Below are positions 1-12,565 of a stretch of 64,000 nt of DNA, piece by piece. The notes below the pieces were generated by a model that worked only from the letters and a program-made list of their open reading frames with translations, did not search any database and was not told the DNA's origin. Both the position numbers and the translations under genes were made by a program. How positions within the stretch are numbered: position 1 is the first letter of the stretch; each line of letters begins with the position of its first letter. The stretch is from Neodothiora populina (Eukaryota): NCBI RefSeq assembly GCF_041146345.1, contig NW_027191415.1:682001-746000 (forward strand). Direction: 5' to 3'.

Positions 1-757
1 CACCGTCTTATCAAAATAACGAGGGACGTGTGGTGAGAGCGAGAGATCAGGGTGGAATAAGTTATGATGACGGCAGCAATGATGCCCAGACTAAATTTAC
101 GCAGACCGCTAAGGTATTAATTGTGTAAGAGAAAAGCACATGCAGCTTTTGAGTCTATACGATCAAGACAAGACTTGTTACGAATGACGGCCGACCCGTT
201 GCGATAATAAGTTAATGTTCTTTGAGTCGTTCTGTTTACCGCCTTTGTTTGGCCAAGACGATGATGCTTGACAACCAGACCCTCGGGCCAATCGTCCCGC
301 TATACCTTAGTTGTGCCTCACCTTAGACTTGCGGTCCTTGTATCCTGCTCCACCTTGATCCCGCCTCGAACTCCATGTCCAAACCCTAGTCAGCTCCCTT
401 ACCGGGATAAGGTAATGTACTATTAGTTCTGTTGAATCTTGACGCAAGAAACTTAAATACTTGTGTCTCCACTCACGCATACCATCTTCGCAGGATCTGC
501 ACCTTTCCTCTTATGTCCTGCATGAGCCCGGGCCCTGGTTGCGGCCGCGTCTGAAGTTTGGAGAAAGAGCGAGTTAAAACTGCATAGCAACGGCCCACAA
601 ACACGATCACTCGTGCATTGAATGCATGTAAAAAAGAAGCATATGCATTTGCTGGTGCGACACAGCTGCACATCTCTCTACTTTTGGTTCTTGTACTCAT
701 TCTATCCGTCCTTGCATGTCTTCCTGTTGCCATCTTCGGCAATGCCACAACAGTCAT

Positions 758-3700
758 TTAAGCCCACATAGCCTTGAACTTAACGTTGAACTCCACTTGC
801 AGCTTCTGGAATGCCTTGAGCACTTTCACCAGTCCCTTCTCACCGCCAGCACCCTCCCATGCTGCTTCTCCATCTTTCAGTGACTCTGCCTCTTCAGCTG
901 CCCTGCGAGCTGCATCTTTCCTCTCGCTGCTTTCTTCTGCATTCGCAGCGTCCTCCCAGCTGTCGAGCTTCTTGGCCTTCGCCTTGCTCATCACCGGCCT
1001 CTCCGGCTGGATGGAAGGATCAGCTATGACAGAGTCGACCTTGCTCTCCGTCTCGGATGCTGCGATCTCGTCGTCTTCTGCCTCCTCGACCGCGTCAAGG
1101 TTACCCATTATCTCAAGCATGTCGAGATCGTTGGCGGGTTTCAATTTCATGAAGTTCATCAGACTGGTAATTATCGTAGCTAGAACCAGCGAGAAGTCGT
1201 TGAGCAGGAACCACACTTCACCCTTGCTGATTTTGTTGGCCCGCTCCAATGTGTTGATGTCGCCGTGTTTGAAGAAATCCAACAAGTAGGCGTTGAGCGG
1301 CGAGTCCAAGTCTTGAGGGTACAGTCCAACGTTGGGTACCACTGACTCCTCAAGAAAAACTCCAGAGCGAGTCGTGCGACACAGATCAGCGACAGAGTTG
1401 AACTTGTCTGAGTGTCCAGACAGAGCATAAAACTGAGATCTGATCGTGGTGGCTGGTAGAGCCCGGCTCTTGATCGATTCCGGGAGATCAGATCTATCAG
1501 CCTTGACTCCCGCATGCATCCCACTCAATGGCAGCTGATCATCGACGGCTTCTATGTGCTGGTTGACAAAGGTCTGTACATAAGCCGTGAAGACCTGGAG
1601 GACTTGCTCGCTGTGTTCACCAAGTATGGTTGTCGCCTCTTCCGGCATAGGCGGCAAGAAGACAAGCGAGGAAGAGGGTTTGGTAGCCTTCTCTCTGTTC
1701 TCTTCATCTGCTTGTTTACAGTACACCCTGCCAAAAAGATGAGCCATGACCAGCATTAGAGTCTCCATTGTTGATTGCTCCTTTGTATCAATGTCTGCAC
1801 AGAGGCGATGGAAGAAGCCTTCTTTCAACAGTGCGTGGAAAGCGAAGCTTGAGTTCTCCGTGAAGTACAGATGCGATACAAGTGGGGCGAAATTCAGGGT
1901 CGCGCCATCCTTGTCTAAGAGCTGTTGTCTGCGTAGGTATTCGATAGAAAAGCGTAGGTGATGTAACGTCTGCTCTTTGAACGAAGGTCCTCCCATGAAG
2001 AGGCGAGGCTGAGAGAGCAACGTGTTGATGGTCTTGATGGCGTACTTGGACTGCTTGGACTCGTGCAACAGCGTGAAAAGACGAAGGACAAGCGAGGTGG
2101 TGATCGGGAAGTGTCCGTTCAAGTCAGGCAGTCTGGAGCTCAGCAGTCTGCATGCTTTGGCTCTGGGTACGTTTTGGAAAACTATATTACCAAGCAGATC
2201 AAAACCACGTCTACCTGCACGACCCGCACACTGGCGGAAGTTCAGAGCAGTCAAGTATACACTGTCACCCGAGAACACGACAGTCTGTGTTTTGTTAGCT
2301 TCAGAGTATTACTCATCGCGATAGGGAGCTGACTTACTCTTGTTGGCATGTTGATACCGAGCGCAAGTGTGCCTGTTTCGAATTAGCGAAAGAATCAACC
2401 ATAATGAGTAAGCGACCTTAAACGTACCTGTAGCAATAACAACTCGGAGAAACCCTTTCCTGAACAAGATCTCAACGATCTGTCTGTATTTCCTGTTCAT
2501 ACCTGCGTGATGAACACCAACTCCTCTGGACACGGCATCGATCAACCACTGTTGAACGTTCCTGCGGCCAAGTTGCTTGATGTAGTCGTCCAGCTCTGCA
2601 GTCTGCAGCCTCTTATGGTCAGCGAAGTGGAAACCTTCGACAGGAGCGTCGGGATTGAATCCATCGAACACGCTGAAGTCAGCACTGGCTGCGTCGCGCT
2701 GCTGCTCGCTCTTGGAAGTGCGGTCGCCTTCACCATCCTCCCGGCTCACTTTAGCCTTGCTGGGCTTGGCCTGCTTGCCACCCTTCTTTGCCTGCACCTT
2801 CTTCCAATCTTCCCATGCCTTTAGATGAGCTTTCCACTTCGGACTTGTCTCTTTCCAAGCCTTCTCAGCATCGGCCAACTGCCCAACCACCGTCTGACAG
2901 ACCTTCTCACACATAGCACGATCGTAATTGAAGAAAATCGCAGGCAGAGCCTCCTGCTCGTGAAGACAACACAGCAAAGGCAAAGTGGTCTCGAGAAGAT
3001 CATTCTGATCCACTACACGGCCTTGCTCGCCAGTCGTGATCGGTCTAGTGGCTTGCATCTTCTCGCGTTGATCATCGTAGAAAGATCCGTTGAGATGAGA
3101 GATGACATCGTCAAATGGCGAGGCAGTATCCGCCATCCACGCAGCTAGAACACTCTTCAAAGCCTTCTCCCACTGCAGTACGTCGATCTTCTTCACGACA
3201 GAAGGAAGTGCTTTGGCAGGGTCAAGTCCTGGCGAGACAGGATATTTTTCAGTGGCGCACTCTGATAATGCCTGCCACAGCGTGAGACAATCGCGTGCCT
3301 CAAGACTGAGGTCATCGGGCATGCCTCTTGAACGATTCGCCAAGCTCACGACAGGATGCATGAAGCTGAAACCAGGTGCGCCGTCAAGACCCAGACGGCC
3401 GAAGCCTCCCAAGGGTCGACCTTCTTCAAGCCCAGCGAACACGAACTTCTCAGGCGGGGTGTAGTAGTATTTACGCAGATCAGAATATCTGGTATGATGC
3501 TGTACTGACTCCAATTCTACACCCATAGCCTTCTGAGTAGACTCCAACCAGCCAGAGAACTCCTGTGGGTTTCCTACGGTTGCAGAAAGAGCGATGATGG
3601 GGCAGGGTGCGAGCAAAAGTAATTGTTCCCAGACAACACCGTCGTCAGCGTTGCTAATGGAGTGCACCTCATCGAAGATGATGCGCTTCACCTTGCTTGC

Positions 3701-6331
3701 CCAGGAGTTGGCGTGGGATGGAGCAAGCAGCATGATCTGCAAGACGTGCGGTACAGTGACCAGGACTTGGCAGCCAGTAGGATTGTTGATTCTGTAGTCA
3801 CGGGTGTGGATTGCCCACACACTTTTACCGCCGTACTTGAATTTCTTATTGTACCGAGCTTGAATTTCTGCCGCGATCTGGTTGACAAGCGCTTTCGTTG
3901 GAGCGACATAGACAAGGACTGAATCGTCGTCTGCTTCCAGAACCTTGCGCATTGCATAGAATGAAATGAAAGTCTTACCAGCGCTAGTAGGGGCAACCAC
4001 GAACAATGACTTGTTGGCATCGATGCCGTCCAGAACCTTGCGCTGCCAACCATCGGGCTCGAACTCCACTCTTGGGTCAGGGGCCGAGTCGATCGATCGA
4101 TCTAGATATGGTCCGCAGTGCAAGAGTTGAAAGTCTTTGCTCGACAGCTTGATCGAAAGTGGTTCTCCTTTAGTAAGGGGCAGTGCAAACTTGAAAGGTA
4201 AAGCACGATCAGTGTCTGGTGCTTCTGGAAGTACTACTGGCAAGCCCATCGTCGTCTTAGTCAGTTCGAGTTTGGCAACAATGGTCTTGGTGAGGCTTCC
4301 TTGTCTTTGAATGCTTCTGAGGTGATGCCATATCGATGCAGCAAGACCAAGCCCCTTGTCAGCGTCTTTGACGCGGCCCACGTTTATCCAATGCTCAAGT
4401 AACGTGCTGAGCATGTAGAGGCCAACTTCAGCACCGAAGAGAGCCCTTCTATCTTCGGACAAGTTTGTCTGATAGTCCTTCAGTTTGGCATATCGGACAG
4501 ACAGCTCACGTTCTGCTCCAAGATTCTTGGCCACTGTGTGCCAGGCCTGGACAGCCTTATGATCTGATGCTTCATCCTTCTTGGCTTTCGAAGCCGCGAT
4601 GCTTTCCATGATGGCTGCTTTACCCGCGCCTTTGCCGGCCTTCTTACTGCCCTTCTTCTTGTCGTCTTTCTCGGTCTCCTTCTTAGAGGGTTTCTTACCT
4701 CCCTGACCATTTTTGTCCGGGGTGGCGACAACAGTTAGCTGCTTGCCACCTAAGACTATGGTTTCAGGCTCAAGAGATTTACCGACTGCATTGGTCAAAC
4801 TAGCAGCGTACGTACGCATCTCCGCCATGAACCATTGATTGCGTCGTGCAGCCCAGAACTCCTGCTTGGCATTCACAGCCGGGACACCCTTGGGGATGAT
4901 AGGCCGTTTGGCGTTATTCCAATAAGTGACTTCCCTGAAAATGCGAGCAGCTGACGGAGAGCCGTGCTCATCCGCGTCTTCATCGATCGCGAGTTGAACC
5001 GATTCGAGGTGCTTGTCAAATACAGGGTTGCGGAATGGTAAGACCTTCGGTTCCTTGGAGAGTCCGTCGGCGGGAGTCCTTGCATGCGATGAAGCGGTTT
5101 GACCATCACCTTGTGTAGATTCTTGCAGGACCTTGGAAGACAACTTCTCGACTGCCTTGCGAAGGACCTCGTACTTCATTTGTAAGGGGCCTGCCATAGA
5201 TTGAATACCGGGTACTCCAGAGGCGTTGACGATGTTCAAGAGACGACCGTCAACAAGATCTGCTACATCACAAGAAGCAGCACCCTTATCATGGAACTTG
5301 GACCAGGCTTGACTTTCTAGTATCTCTGCGGCTGTTCGATTGAAAGAGGTGAGATGCTCAGCGGCAGTGCAATCGACCTCCTCGAGGCGTCGAGCTGAGA
5401 GCGGCAGTATCGATAGCAACGCAGTGTGGTATAAAATGTTCATGCTTGAAGTGAGAGCTTCGTCGTCTTTCGCAATCATACGAGAAAGGGCAATGGCCGT
5501 CAATTGGTCTCGTTCAGATAAATCAAGTGAGTCGGCTTGCAGGGTCTCGAGTTCAGGAACCATGATTGGCTCGCTTTGAGACACAGGCGTAGCGTTCTGA
5601 TCGAGAAAGGCGGCTTGTAGCTCACCCTGAGCCTCAAGCACCATGGTCATTACTTTGGTATCCCTCCATTCTAGACCATTGATCAGAGCGACATTGTAGC
5701 CTTTCTGAATGAAAGTCATAATCATGCTTCGGTACGCCGTCTGACACCGCTCAACATCTTCTTTGTTCAAAGCACTATTATCAACATCATGCATGGGAAC
5801 AGCAGAATCATGAGCCATGATGAAATACACGCCTGATTTTTCCAGATATTCAGAGAATGCTTTGTCATGCATCGATGGGAAAACAGTGATTTCAATGCCC
5901 GAGTCTGCCGTGGCCAAGTTGACCATCAGGTGTCTTATGATGGCAGCTCTTGTGAGCCTGTATTTGGTGGAGTCCCTGGAAGGGTACCATGGCGGGACAG
6001 ACAGGTCGTGACGATCATCGAGGAAAGCAACATTAAAATTACACTTGCGATCCTTCAGGTGATGGAGGAATTTTTCCACCAGGAAGCATGCATGTAGCAT
6101 CTGAAAGCCATTCTCGAAATCGAGCGCTGGCTCAGAGAAGCAACTTAGAAGCAGCGAATCGCCCTCAATCAAGAAAAGCTCATTACCGGCATAATCACCA
6201 ATCAAATCGACTCTACGAGAGGATAAAAGTGGATATGCCTCTAAAGTGCTGATGGGAGAATCAGGACTGTTTTCGTTTGAAAGATCATTTTCCGATTTCA
6301 GTTGGGCGATGGAGGGTGTCACCTCTGTCAT
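758..6331 (-). CDS. Large DExH-box (Ski2-like/DDX60-like) RNA helicase, 3 exons (6331-2428, 2372-2338, 2284-758)
   Basis: Helicase motifs: Walker A APTSAGKT, YVAPTKALVNQ, IIFDEVH, ALSAT, GVHHAGM and motif VI QCAGRAGRRG. Splicing GT-AG introns 2427-2373 and 2337-2285 restores IATGTLALGINMPTRTVVFSGD. The N-terminal ELFLIEGDSLL segment is typical of DDX60-like proteins. First ATG is at 6331. Confidence 0.9.
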
Positions 6332-6945
6332 AATCAGAGGGCGGTCGTAAGCGCGTAGTTTGTCGTTACGTTGAGAGCGACAACGAGCTGAGTATCTGTT
6401 TTCTGGAAGATGATGAAGAGCGGGTTTCGTCGCCAATCATACAATTTTTGCTTGGAGGATCGTACTGAATAAGGTAATGGCAGTGTTGGTTCTGTATTCG
6501 TACCTTAAGGTTGGCAGGAAAAGACAGTGAACAATGAGTGCGGTGGAGCAGGTAGGCTTTCCCGAAGCGTGTAAACGAATCGCTTACGTCATCTGCAGTG
6601 TTGGCGACCTCCTTGAGCTTCAACGCTTCGAGATCGGTTATATCTAGGTAAGGTACTTGCCCATTACTGCCTTTTAAAAATTGGTGCAACAGTGCTGTAT
6701 GTCCGTCCAACATTGATTAAGCCTATTAAAATAATGCAGATTCCTTTTTCTCCAGAAAAACATACCAAGCAGATGGAATTAATCAATTACGCTGGTGTCA
6801 CAAGATATGATTCAAGCAAAGTCTCATTGTTTCATGTACTAGCTATGCACTATTGGTGTCAAAAACTGTAAACACATCACTTGGTAATAAATAGGCTGCA
6901 TGAATACTCTTCACGGTGCACAAAACCTTCCAGCACAACGCAGTC

Positions 6946-6981
6946 GGGGGGGGGGTTATGGGGGTTATAGGGTTAGGGTTA
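6946..6981 (+). repeat. G-rich, telomere-like (GGGTTA) tract and G-quadruplex motif
   Basis: G10-TTAT-G5-TTATA-GGG-TTA-GGG-TTA, read directly. Confidence 0.6.
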
Positions 6982-7113
6982 ATATAGGTGAGGTTTAGTT
7001 CTGCAAGAAGAGGTCCTCCATCATTGTTTTTACTCATCATTCATTGGCGTTCGCTAAGGAATCCTGATCCATATCTACCCTTGCTCCGGTAGTGAGAGAG
7101 TTTCGCGTTCCCT

Positions 7114-8605
7114 TCATATTGAGACGTCCTTTTCCAGCACTGCCGAGATGAGAGCCGGTGACCCCGACTCGAAGATTCTCGAGCCCAACACTTCTCCCAC
7201 AGTTTCTACCAATCTTTCCTTCAAGGCCTCTCCTTCGGGATGTCCATTGGTAACGCCCGTCGAGTCGATACTCAACTTGGCCAAAGCCAGAAGCAATGCC
7301 TGCACGACCTTCTCGGCCTGATCCTTCTTCTGTTCGTCGGCCAAGCCAGGTTTCAACACCAGATCATATGCTTTCAAATTTGGTAGTATGAGTGTCCTGA
7401 TGCCAGCGGTGCCAGCTATACCTTGAAGACCAAGAATGGCGCCATAATGTGACCCAAAGGGTTTATGTGAGTCCAACAGATCTTTCAGACAGGCTCGGGC
7501 AATTCGTGGCCGAAGCGAGGTTGATGTTTGTCCGTACTTCTTTGCGATGGACGACAATAAAGAGGCTGAGAAGTCGCGCAGAGCAAAATGCGCGAGTGGT
7601 CCATTAGCAGCAGTTGAGCCCAGGTGTTTACCAATGACACATGTAAGGACCGAGGGAATGATAGGAGCGATGTAGGGCGCGATATATAGGCTCGGGTTAT
7701 CGAGAAGGGCGTGTAAAAGGTGCATGACCTGTGTCAAGACGAACAAGCTCTTCAAATTATGTGTGACTTTGTCGGCGACGAATTGTATAAAATAAGGCAC
7801 CAACTGATGGAGGCCAGGATCGGTGCGCAAGCTGGCGAACGCAGCAGTCCTGTAGTCGTCGTTGTTCTCGTCCAGTATTGCGGAGCAGATACGTTCGAAA
7901 TAGAGCTGTAATTCTTTGGAGATAACGTGCTTGACCAATGGCTTGATAGAGACATTATCGTTACCGCTAATAGCTGCGAGGTTCGGGTTTGCGCCTGGGC
8001 CTTTAGGTAGGAGGTCTTGATGCCTTGAATCTACTGAAGTGGGGTTCTGTGGTATAGAAGGCTGTACGCCTTCGACGGCAAGCCAGTGTGCTGGTCAACG
8101 ATGTCAGCGAAAACCACAAGGAATGGATACCAAGCACGCTCTCAGCAAAGGTATAGACATTCGTTCCACCTTTGTCACTTCGAAATATCTACAGAAGTGC
8201 AACTGTCAGCCACCTAGATGATCGCTTACCTGTTAGTGATACCTCGCGCGGCACCTTTGGTAGAGGCGCATTGATCAACTTCTCAAAGTCCACTTCATCG
8301 TCTTCGACATAATATAAGGGTTGACCCGGACCGATAGATGCCTCACCAAAGCGCAACGGCCTTGTAGACTCGTAACCATATAGAGGCTCGACGTCAAGCA
8401 AACGCAGAGCATGAGATATGTCTTGCGTACTAAGTGTTGTTCTCTTCCCATGGCGCATAAATTTGAGCGCTTCCTCTAATACTTGACTTATCCTGTACTC
8501 AACATCTTGCGCCAATTGAACCACTACTTCCTCCTGGAGTGAACCAATTCCCACGGACTCGGCAACATCCGTTATGTTGTCCGGATTCCACACCGGTGTG
8601 GTCAT
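7114..8605 (-). CDS. TAF6: TFIID/SAGA subunit TAF6 (exons 8605-8230, 8090-7114)
   Basis: H4-like histone fold ([22 protein letters not shown]...EPLYGY). Splicing 8229-8091 gives [20 protein letters not shown]. The C-terminal part has [12 protein letters not shown] and [14 protein letters not shown]. Confidence 0.95.
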
Positions 8606-10269
8606 TATCGTACGCGATTTGAGCGACAAGAAGCAGTGCGCGCAATCTAGGCGAATTGCACTCGGAAGAGATGCAGGCCAAGCCGAGATATATGAATCAG
8701 AGGTATGACCTGTCGCGATACTGTTGGCTGTTGCGAAATGGCTGACAGCCTCCACTGTGACCAAGTGAGGGACACTGTAGCGTGATTGTGAGAAGTACGA
8801 TGATGCGCTTGGCTCAAATCCGTTCGCTGATGGTTGCGCGATGGTGATAACGCAAATTCAGGTGGTGTAAACTGGTACGCGTGGTCGCATGAGCCTTCTT
8901 TATTGCTGTTCAGGCTGACATTATATGACTATCCGGTATGAGGCTTGAGCAAGACCGTGGCGTCAAGATCAGGATTCAATAATTATCTCGGAGATGGAGC
9001 TGTTAATGTCGAGTTACGATCATTCAGGCGACTAGTCGCCATACAAAGTCGCCAAAGGTAAGGTAAGATACTATTGTCCGTGCCTGCCTTACCCACGCGG
9101 CAGTTGCCGCTTTGGTCAGCGCCAGAGCAGGCAGGTGAGATACCTTGTTGTTTAGAAAGGCTCAGCATGTGGACTGCACCTCACTCCAGTTACCTTGGGG
9201 TATCTTACCTTACTGAGGTAGGTAAGATATTGTACCTCACTTTCAGCACGCATGATCGGCCTCTGATCTGCGCCTTACAGTACTTTGTATCGAAGGCTGC
9301 TTGACTTTACACTACCTCGGCCGTCTTTACCATTGAAGAGTGGCAGTTCGTCCTGACAAATGAGGTTCAGACCGAAGCGGACCCCGTTCCAGATCAGCCA
9401 TCGTTGACGACATCGATTTGGCCTGAGTTATCCCTTCCTGGTTGAATTTGCTATCATCGTAGTACTTCATGGGTCCGCACGTCGTCTGATGTTGGGATGG
9501 GTGATCCGCTGTTGTGTTTCTCCGCTATCTGACTGTACACGATCCGGTCAACACGGCATTTTGCTCCGCATCATCTCGCTTCTCTCTGTCCAATAAAGTT
9601 AACTTCCCATCTATGCATGCGTAAGATACTCGACCTGCCTTTCATATTGCGTTTTGGCGGGACCGCAACCACGTTAGGCAAAGTCATGCTCCAGGCACAC
9701 ACGCACATGCACGCTCGGCCTTTTTTCCATCTCTTCGCTACCATTCTCCATCCACTCACCACACTAATACTACAGTAGGCAGGCATGTGGCGCCATACAC
9801 CGCCTTGTGAATGAAGCGTGAATCCATCTCACCACAGCTCTCTCCCTCCATGTTGAGATCATCTCACAATCTAAACAATTCCGTGAGCGTGACAAGATGC
9901 ACTTGACTCAGGACAAGAAAGTGACGGACTACCGGATAGTGTAGATCGTCCAGGAACAAGCTCGATTTCCCTTCCATTTCATCATACTCAATCGTCGCAT
10001 ATTCTAGGAATGGATTGGTAATGTCGACACATGCTTTTGCATTCCCTCATAACCATCTAGAGCAAAGCTTATTATACACCGGACCGTAAGTCGTAATGTA
10101 GGTCATCCTAGGACATTTGCTTGTCTTATTCGCTAAGTTATCGAGCGGCAATGGCAGCGCATGTTCGTAGGAATCAGCACGTCATAGTATAAAGTCAGCG
10201 ACCCCTCCCGCAATGCGAACACCGTAATCATTCAATCCCATTCCATTTCTCAATCATCTATTTTTGATC

Positions 10270-11616
10270 ATGTCATTTCTTTGCCTGGTTAGCAGTGCCG
10301 TGCTGCTAGGAGCAGTGGCATCTGCGAAAAATTGTGTCAATGTGACCGTCCCTGTCCAGATCGATGCCCGCCAGGGCCAGTACGATGTACCGCAGTTGTA
10401 CTCAAATTTTGATGCGACTCAGTTCGCATACAACTATACGAAACAAGGATCCAACTTCAGCGACATAGCTCTCATTGGCTTCCAGAACATCAACGGACTA
10501 TACAATATCAGTGCTAAATATTGCAGCCCTGACGCAAGCTCTTCCCCGAGCAGCTCTGCTCCTGTGGTTCAGGTTCTTACTCATGGCATTGGGTTCGACA
10601 AGTCCTATTGGGACCTACCCTACAACAACTACAACTACTCTTACATTGATGTTGCCCTTGCCAATGGGTTCCATACCGTTTCCATCGACCGCTTCGGCAT
10701 AGGAAACTCATCTCATGCCGATCCTCTGAATGTCGTTCAAGCTCAGGCTGAGGTCTCTGCACTTTATGATATTACAATGAAACTTCGAGCCGGTACTTTC
10801 CCTGAGGTCAGCGCTGCTTTCCAGAAAGTGGTTCACGTCGGACATTCGTTTGGGTCTCTGCAAACCTATCTGCTATCAGCACAACACCCCAACGCCACTG
10901 ATGGAGTAGCGCTTACTGGCTTCTCTATGAATGGCACATGGGTCGATATGACGATTGCTAGCTGGAACCTGCGCCTCGCAAGCTTGAACCAGCCGCTACG
11001 CTTTGGCAACACCACCATCTCGCGAAATCGCTTCTCAGCCGGCTGGTTTGGTACCGCGACTGTAAAGGCTATCGCCGGTGTACTTTCGTCAGTTGGCATT
11101 GATCTCCAACCATACCAGATCTTTGAAGAAATTGCGACGACCGAAATTGCCAACCTCATCAATCAGTACAACGCGTCGGTTGCTCCCGTCCCTCAAAATC
11201 TGTCAAGCGGATACTTGACCTGGCCCGACTTGACCACTAACATCTATTCCTTCCTCTTCACCGGCTACTTCGATACCGGAGCTGCAATTTTCGCCGAGTC
11301 GACAAAGCAACCCGTGACCTTGGGAGAAATCTTCACTCTCCCGATCGGACCCAAGATGTCTTCCTTCACCGGCCCAGCTCTCGTCATAACCGGTGCTGAG
11401 GACAACATCTACTGTGGCGGCGACTGTTACGCGACGGGAGGTCAAGGCTCAAACATCCCCGAGATCAGTGTCGCTCCTGTCTTCCCTAATGCCAGCGCGT
11501 TCGAGGCTTACATTCAGCCCAATACCGGTCACGGGATCAACTTGCACTACAACTCAACTGCAGCATACCAAGTCATCCAGGATTGGTTCAAGAAGAACGG
11601 CCTCGCAAGTGCCTAG
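10270..11616 (+). CDS. Secreted alpha/beta-hydrolase fold protein (intronless)
   Basis: Hydrophobic signal peptide ending AVASA-K, VLTHGIGF oxyanion motif, GHSFG nucleophile elbow, ITGAED acid, GHGINLH catalytic His, and many N-X-S/T sequons. Confidence 0.85.
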   Translation: MSFLCLVSSAVLLGAVASAKNCVNVTVPVQIDARQGQYDVPQLYSNFDATQFAYNYTKQGSNFSDIALIGFQNINGLYNISAKYCSPDASSSPSSSAPVVQVLTHGIGFDKSYWDLPYNNYNYSYIDVALANGFHTVSIDRFGIGNSSHADPLNVVQAQAEVSALYDITMKLRAGTFPEVSAAFQKVVHVGHSFGSLQTYLLSAQHPNATDGVALTGFSMNGTWVDMTIASWNLRLASLNQPLRFGNTTISRNRFSAGWFGTATVKAIAGVLSSVGIDLQPYQIFEEIATTEIANLINQYNASVAPVPQNLSSGYLTWPDLTTNIYSFLFTGYFDTGAAIFAESTKQPVTLGEIFTLPIGPKMSSFTGPALVITGAEDNIYCGGDCYATGGQGSNIPEISVAPVFPNASAFEAYIQPNTGHGINLHYNSTAAYQVIQDWFKKNGLASA

Positions 11617-12565
11617 TGGATTTCCTTCATCGCTCGCCCTCTTACTTTCTACAGCCTGTCATTGGCACTTATATAGAAGACGAACAGTTTATAATGCGAC
11701 CGAGATATATACGCAAATCACGTCTAATCTGAAAACCTACTCGTTCATTCTTCGATTTCTTGATGCGTTTCAATGCTTCATAATTGTAAATACTGTACCA
11801 ATCGATCCAACATCATGAAATATTGCCCATCTCACTTTAATTCCGATAAACCCTCTCTAGACCCTAAGGTTAGCTAAAGTGCTTATTCCCACGTTAACTA
11901 TCTATGCATGAATGCATGAATGCATTGCATGCATGCACGCATGGGCGCCACATAACCCACGCGAAAGGTGGTCTGTCCATTGTTCAGATCGTTCGTTCAA
12001 AACCGGACCCACACCGCATCAAGTAGGTATGCACCCGAGACGGAGTATCACTTGCAAGAGCTATAGTATGCAGTGCAGCCGACAAAGCGAAGAAAAGTGG
12101 GCCATACGGAGAGATGAGATGGATTGCAGGCGAGGTGCTGTACGAGATACAACACTAAGGTAAGCGTACAGTGCTAGAAAGTAAAGGTACAGTAGAGTAA
12201 GGTAGTAGCTAAAGTACCTACAGTACTACTGTACCCTAATTCGGAAAAATCACAGATGCAGGTGAGATTTGGTCTTGGCGGCTTTAGACGCGGTTGAGGT
12301 GACGGCGTTGCGCGCTTGAATGGTAGGGCTTACGGACATGATTATTGAGTTGGACGGATTTTGTTTTGAAGAAATCGCTGTGGCCAGACCTTTCGTGTAC
12401 TTCGGAACGTGGCGTCCGGTGGGGGGGTTTTTCTATACGGGTAAGCGGGATGGAGATGTGGTTTATTGTTCTCGTCTTGCATGGTGGAGATTATGTATGG
12501 TATAGTAAGGCGTGTAGAACATCTTTGGTTTCGATTAAATACTCGTGTTATAGCTAAGTAGCTCG

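Noticed and set aside
6366..6713. 115-aa ORF upstream of the helicase
   Set aside because: It has no recognisable motif, overlaps the probable helicase promoter, and has no convincing splice link.
8131..8188. Box C/D snoRNA within the TAF6 intron
   Set aside because: CTGA is present but box C is poor (GTGACAA) and the span is too short for a guide snoRNA. It is kept only as a hairpin/poison-exon candidate.
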